Shown: one piece after another, positions 55,401-58,859 of the stretch
How positions within the stretch are numbered: the first letter of the stretch is position 1
How the letters are laid out: every line of letters begins with the position of its first letter
Assembly: GCA_020718065.1 (NCBI GenBank)
Contig: DYDE01000008.1
Span: 1-58,859 of the forward strand
Source: Marinifilum sp.
GTDB taxonomy: Bacteria > Bacteroidota > Bacteroidia > Bacteroidales > CG2-30-32-10
DNA length: 58,859 nt
Reading direction: 5' to 3'
The notes under the pieces: generated by a model
The model's input: only the letters and a program-made list of their open reading frames with translations
The model's database searches: none
What the model was told of the DNA's origin: nothing
Program-made: the position numbers and the translations under genes

Positions 55401-56691
55401 TAAATGTTGAATTTAATTTTAAATCCATACACCATACCAAATCTTCAATGTTATCAGTAATTAACCTGTACTTTTCTTCACTGTTTTTCAGGGCTTCTTC
55501 AGTTGTTTTCCTATCAGTTATATCACGGGTTATTCCATGAACCCCAACTAAATTTCCATCCTCGTCGCATATTGGTGATGTGTTAACCTCTCCCCATATT
55601 ATAGTTCCATCTTTTCTTACATGTTGCAATTCTAATATATATGTAAAATCTTTATCAATGATTTCACCATCACTTATCCTCTTTAGCTCGTTGTTGAATG
55701 TTTGATTTGCTAAATAATACGATTCAGTCAATAAAATATTTTTATATTCCGATTCTAAAAATTCTTCAGGTGTATAACCTAGCAATTTTTCTATTGATGG
55801 ACTAATATATGTATAATTCATTTTCAAATCCATCGTCCATATAACATCTTTTGACAAATCCGCTAATAAACGATATTTGCTTTCATTGGCTTTCAGTTTA
55901 TCCTCAATTTGTAGCCTTTTAGTAATTTCATTAAAAAGTTTTTCGTTTGTGTCTGTCAGGGCTTTGGTTCTTTCTTTAATAACCCTATCAAGATTTGTAT
56001 TTACTAATTGTAAATTGTATTCATTATTTTCTTTTTCAAGAATTGCAGCCTCTAGTTTTTTTGAATTTATAAATTGTCTAACAGAATAATTATAAAATAT
56101 CCTTGATATTATCCATGATAAAACTAACAAACTTACTGAGTTGATAATATAGCCCTGAAATTTGTCATGATTAACCTGAAAAAACCACATTCCCAAAAAG
56201 AAAACCAAATAACAAATGAGGTAATTAATAATACTTTGAATTAAGTTTTGATTAAATATAACAGCTATAATAATACAACCCAATATAAAGACCGTAATTT
56301 CCTGATGTATATACTGGTCAATAATAGAAACTATAGAACACCACAACAAAACAAACAAAATATATCCATATTCATAAACATAATGTTTAAATGATATTTT
56401 ATTTACCTGTATTTTCTTAGTTGCTGATTTTGTTAGAATTAAATATAGCAGTAATACTAAAATCAGAATTAAGTGCATTATAAATAAATATTTATAACCA
56501 GGTACTTTATTCCATAAACCTTTTGAAAAATTCAGATAATCTACTATTAATACAATCAAATGAATGCAAATAAGTAAAAATGCAAAAAGCCTCGATTTCC
56601 ATATATTTGAGTACAGCATTTCTTTGCCATACTCATTTTTCAGGTCTTTTGTAACCACTGGAAAATACTTCAACCACTTACTTTTCTTCAT
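52414..56691 (-). CDS. giant membrane-bound multi-PAS/GAF HisKA_2 sensor histidine kinase
   Basis: About 7 TM helices N-terminally. At least 6 PAS modules are separated by recurring linkers IT(D/E)RK..E.AL..SEE.YR. A GAF-like block follows, then H-box IHHRVKNNMQVI, NELVTNAFKYAF and VSDNGSGI. Confidence 0.8.
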   Translation of the reverse strand: MKKSKWLKYFPVVTKDLKNEYGKEMLYSNIWKSRLFAFLLICIHLIVLIVDYLNFSKGLWNKVPGYKYLFIMHLILILVLLLYLILTKSATKKIQVNKISFKHYVYEYGYILFVLLWCSIVSIIDQYIHQEITVFILGCIIIAVIFNQNLIQSIINYLICYLVFFLGMWFFQVNHDKFQGYIINSVSLLVLSWIISRIFYNYSVRQFINSKKLEAAILEKENNEYNLQLVNTNLDRVIKERTKALTDTNEKLFNEITKRLQIEDKLKANESKYRLLADLSKDVIWTMDLKMNYTYISPSIEKLLGYTPEEFLESEYKNILLTESYYLANQTFNNELKRISDGEIIDKDFTYILELQHVRKDGTIIWGEVNTSPICDEDGNLVGVHGITRDITDRKTTEEALKNSEEKYRLITDNIEDLVWCMDLKLNSTFTSPSIYKVLGITPEERQEISTKDILTPESYQHVVRLLSETIEKISKGEIDGKTYTVKIELEQVKKDGTIFWAETIVGVLYDKKDNIIGIQGVTRDITDRVKAEKTLKESEENFRILFENSPMGILVSNLKGEIIRINNSLYKMLGSPSADETKKINLLTYKHLVEAGISELLQQAIDTGNEVVGERKYTTKWDKTLYVFCHFKPINDINGNLANIQVIVQDITERKYIEQALRNSEEMYRLVVETANDVIYTVSLDSTLATVNSALERNTGWSPHEVLGKSSLFFIHPEDIERSKNNHFIFLQNPLPETSEFRFLHKNGNYLDVEFSTAPLYKDGKLIGRFGIGRNITERKQAERALRESEEKYRNLIENQGEGVGIVNINEEFVFANPAAEEIFGVTKGGLVGMNLKEFVDQKQYSYIQLQTNLRKKGVKSSYEITITRSDKEQREILLTATPFYEKDKLEMSIFGIFRDITFRKKTEEALRKSEEKYRIIFENAKEGIFQTTIDGKYITVNPSFVKMHGFDSSVELMKSRNDIEIQTYVDPNLRKVFIKIMQDVGYVKGFEYEVYKKDGSKMWVYEDANAVKDSKGNILYFEGFVVDMSERKKAEEARKKQYDFIELSSQISSEFIKLDTSEIDNSIIKALELVVNYTQVSRGYVFLFSDNKEKLILTYEWNHKGTINLKKTLNNIDVYSVRDLISLLKKGKIVEGQKTTEQSTEEYPFNKIMLSTGALSYIQLPLFISNALIGCIGFDTTLKSINWTTDIINAYNLTGQLITHALARKQKDEQIKASLSEKEILLKEIHHRVKNNMQVIISLLNLQANTINNEEIKDIFEESQDRIKAMAIIHEKLYQSKNFEEIDFAGYIKNLTDYLLHSYNIKGENVIIQTDTENIPIEIDMAVPLGLIINELVTNAFKYAFKKTTHGKILVRLHLKESDNLFLEVSDNGSGIAESIDYQNTTSLGLQLVCSLTQQIEGVIELNRENGTRFGITFPYKKS

Positions 56692-56808
56692 TTAACTTTT
56701 TTTATATGGTTTTAAAATTAATATATTCTTTGAAAATATTTTTAAATTTAAATTTACTTATACAAATTAAATTTACTAAAGAGCTTTAAAAGAATCAGAT
56801 AAATACAT

Positions 56809-58455
56809 TTAATTATATTTTTTCACTTTCTTTAAATTAAGAATATTCATCGGATTGCTGCCCAATCCTTTAATATTATTTTGATAAAATCGCAATACCT
56901 GATCATAATATAAAATTAAAACCGGAGAATCTTCCATCAGCATTTTATCCATTTTTTGATAATACATAAACCTTAAGGAATCATTAATTTCAGTTTGGGC
57001 TTTTCTATATAGCTCATCAAAATCTTTATTTGAATAATGTGTATAATTTGGTCCTTTTGGTGCAAAATTATCTGTATAAAACAAAGAAAGATAATTTTCA
57101 GCATCTGGATAATCGGCTATCCATGAACCTCTGAAAAAATTTACTTTCGATTGTGCTATCATTTCTCTTAATGTTGCAGGGGGATTTACATCAATTTTTA
57201 TTTTAATATTAATTTCTTCAAGTTGATGTTGAATGTACTTACATAAATCCAAATAAGCCGAAGTAGTGCTTAATGTAATTTCAGACAATCCATTTCCATT
57301 TGGGTATCCTGCTTCGGAAAGCAACTGGCGGGCTTTATCTGGGTTATAATTGTATCCGATTGTTGCAGAAGAATCAAACCCCGGCATTCCTTTGGGAATA
57401 AAACCATATATACCAGGAGTGCCAATATTATTTCGCAAATACTTTATCATTTTTTTCCTGTCGAAACCATAATTTATAGCTTGTCTTATTTGTTTTATTC
57501 TTAATGGATTATTTGTTTCCTGATTCTTTTTTTCATCAACAAGAAAACCCAGATATTCTGTATTCAAATAGGGCTGACTTTGCATTTTAAACTTCCCTGA
57601 ATATTTTGGATTTAAATCTCCTTTTTTTGTCAACAATTCATCTTTATAACTGGGATCTATACCAGAAATAAAATCAAGATTGCCCTTCACAAATTCCAGA
57701 AAAGCGGATTGTTTATCTGCAATGAATGTAACTGCTACAGCATCCAAATATGGCAATTGTTGTGTTCCTTCTTTTTCAAAATAATTTGGATTTTTTACCA
57801 ATACCAATTTAACACCTTCTTTCCAGAGTTTAAACTGAAACGGACCGGTTCCAACAGGGTTTCTTCTAAATTCTTTTCCGTAATAATCAACTATTTCTTT
57901 AGGAACAACCGAACAATATGGCATTGATAACAAACCTAAAAATGGAGGAAATTGTTTTTTTAGACATATAACTAAGGTTGTATCATTTATTGCTTTAAAA
58001 TTGAATGTTTTATCTGATAATTTATCATTCACATTACCAAAAACCCATGCTCCAGAAGAAGCAATTTTAGGATCAATAATTCGCAAAAAACTATAAACAA
58101 AATCAGAAGCTATAACTTTTCTGCCCCTGCCATTAACAAACAATGGGTGATTATGAAAATAAATATCATTTCTAAGATAAAACGTATAATATATGCCATC
58201 TTCAGATATTTTCCAGTCTTTTGCAATGCATGGTTTAACTTTTAATGCTTCATCTAATTGAACCAAACCATTAAATAAATGGTTTGCAGCCCAAATTGTA
58301 GATTGGTCTTTTGAAAAAGCAGGATCTAGTGATATGATACCAGCAGCTTCATTATATTTAAATACTATTTTAGAATTGTTTTCCCCCCTTTTCCCACCAC
58401 AAGAGAACATTAAAATCAAACTAAATAATAAAGCTAAATATTTTAGCATAAACAT
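56809..58455 (-). CDS. ABC transporter substrate-binding protein, family 5 (peptide/nickel type)
   Basis: Lipoprotein-type signal (LMFSCG) and an SBP_bac_5-like sequence (GTGPFQFKLWKEGVKLVLVKNPNYF). Confidence 0.8.
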   Translation of the reverse strand: MFMLKYLALLFSLILMFSCGGKRGENNSKIVFKYNEAAGIISLDPAFSKDQSTIWAANHLFNGLVQLDEALKVKPCIAKDWKISEDGIYYTFYLRNDIYFHNHPLFVNGRGRKVIASDFVYSFLRIIDPKIASSGAWVFGNVNDKLSDKTFNFKAINDTTLVICLKKQFPPFLGLLSMPYCSVVPKEIVDYYGKEFRRNPVGTGPFQFKLWKEGVKLVLVKNPNYFEKEGTQQLPYLDAVAVTFIADKQSAFLEFVKGNLDFISGIDPSYKDELLTKKGDLNPKYSGKFKMQSQPYLNTEYLGFLVDEKKNQETNNPLRIKQIRQAINYGFDRKKMIKYLRNNIGTPGIYGFIPKGMPGFDSSATIGYNYNPDKARQLLSEAGYPNGNGLSEITLSTTSAYLDLCKYIQHQLEEINIKIKIDVNPPATLREMIAQSKVNFFRGSWIADYPDAENYLSLFYTDNFAPKGPNYTHYSNKDFDELYRKAQTEINDSLRFMYYQKMDKMLMEDSPVLILYYDQVLRFYQNNIKGLGSNPMNILNLKKVKKYN

Positions 58456-58859
58456 ATTGTTAAAACAACAAAATTATAAGGATTATTTGAAAAAAATATT
58501 TTTACTTTTATATAAAGTTTAAATTCTCGTTTCGAGCATTTCTGCACCCTTCATAATAGACCATACCTGTATTATGACAGAAAACTCAATTTAAACAATA
58601 CAAACAAATTAATGAAACACAACTATAAAAATACTGTACTGTTTTACAACTAAACCATATTAATATTTTGTCATTTTTTTTAACTTAGAATAAAACTAAA
58701 TAAGGTAGAAAGAGATAAAGTTTACTTCCGAATTGATCTAATTTCCTTCTTAACTATACTTTGAAAGTTCAGTTACTAAAAAACTTAACAAAAAAAACTC
58801 ATTTAAAATTTAATGCTTATCCCCTGTTGTACCTAAATAAATTTTTATCAGAAACAGCT

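Overview
The window is a low-GC, Bacteroidota-type chromosome segment. Evidence for that assignment: a T9SS C-terminal sorting domain, TAnnTTTG -7 promoter boxes, and almost no Shine-Dalgarno sites. The flanks are ordinary housekeeping DNA. The left flank (1-11.7 kb) carries lpxB (partial), lysS, an MscS-like channel, a DMT protein, a HAD hydrolase, a TPR lipoprotein, def, ruvX, a T9SS beta-propeller protein, a TPR membrane protein and an M20 hydrolase. The right flank (40.4-58.9 kb) carries tRNA-Ala(GGC), thpR, an NlpC/P60 peptidase, groES/groEL, atpDC, ribF, a glycosyltransferase, an outer-membrane barrel, two adjacent HisKA_2 multi-PAS sensor kinases and a family-5 solute-binding protein. 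The interesting part is a ~28.7-kb integrated element (11727..40398). It is bounded by a perfect 19-bp direct repeat that equals the 3' end of the tRNA-Ala gene, and a tyrosine integrase sits next to the tRNA. Its modules, in order, are: a divergent cI/Cro-like switch; small early ORFs; a 1010-aa primase-SF3 helicase; a DNA-modification island (two adenine methyltransferases, DUF5131/Gp37-Gp68, DUF1643, ASCH, and an unlisted 44-aa SEC-C peptide); a lipoprotein moron; a J-domain protein; an RNase-H-fold nuclease; three unusually large repeat-rich non-coding regions; and a 19-gene late block. In that late block I can find no terminase, portal, tape-measure or tail signature. It is instead dominated by membrane-anchored proteins, a transglutaminase-like protein, a lysine-rich peptide, an SLT-like transglycosylase with an EF-hand loop, and a 274-aa internally duplicated protein. 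My main hypothesis, which is inference only, is a temperate tailless, internal-membrane-type virus or another undescribed mobile element or satellite. It is not a conventional tailed prophage. All functional calls come from motif reading by eye. No database search was run.
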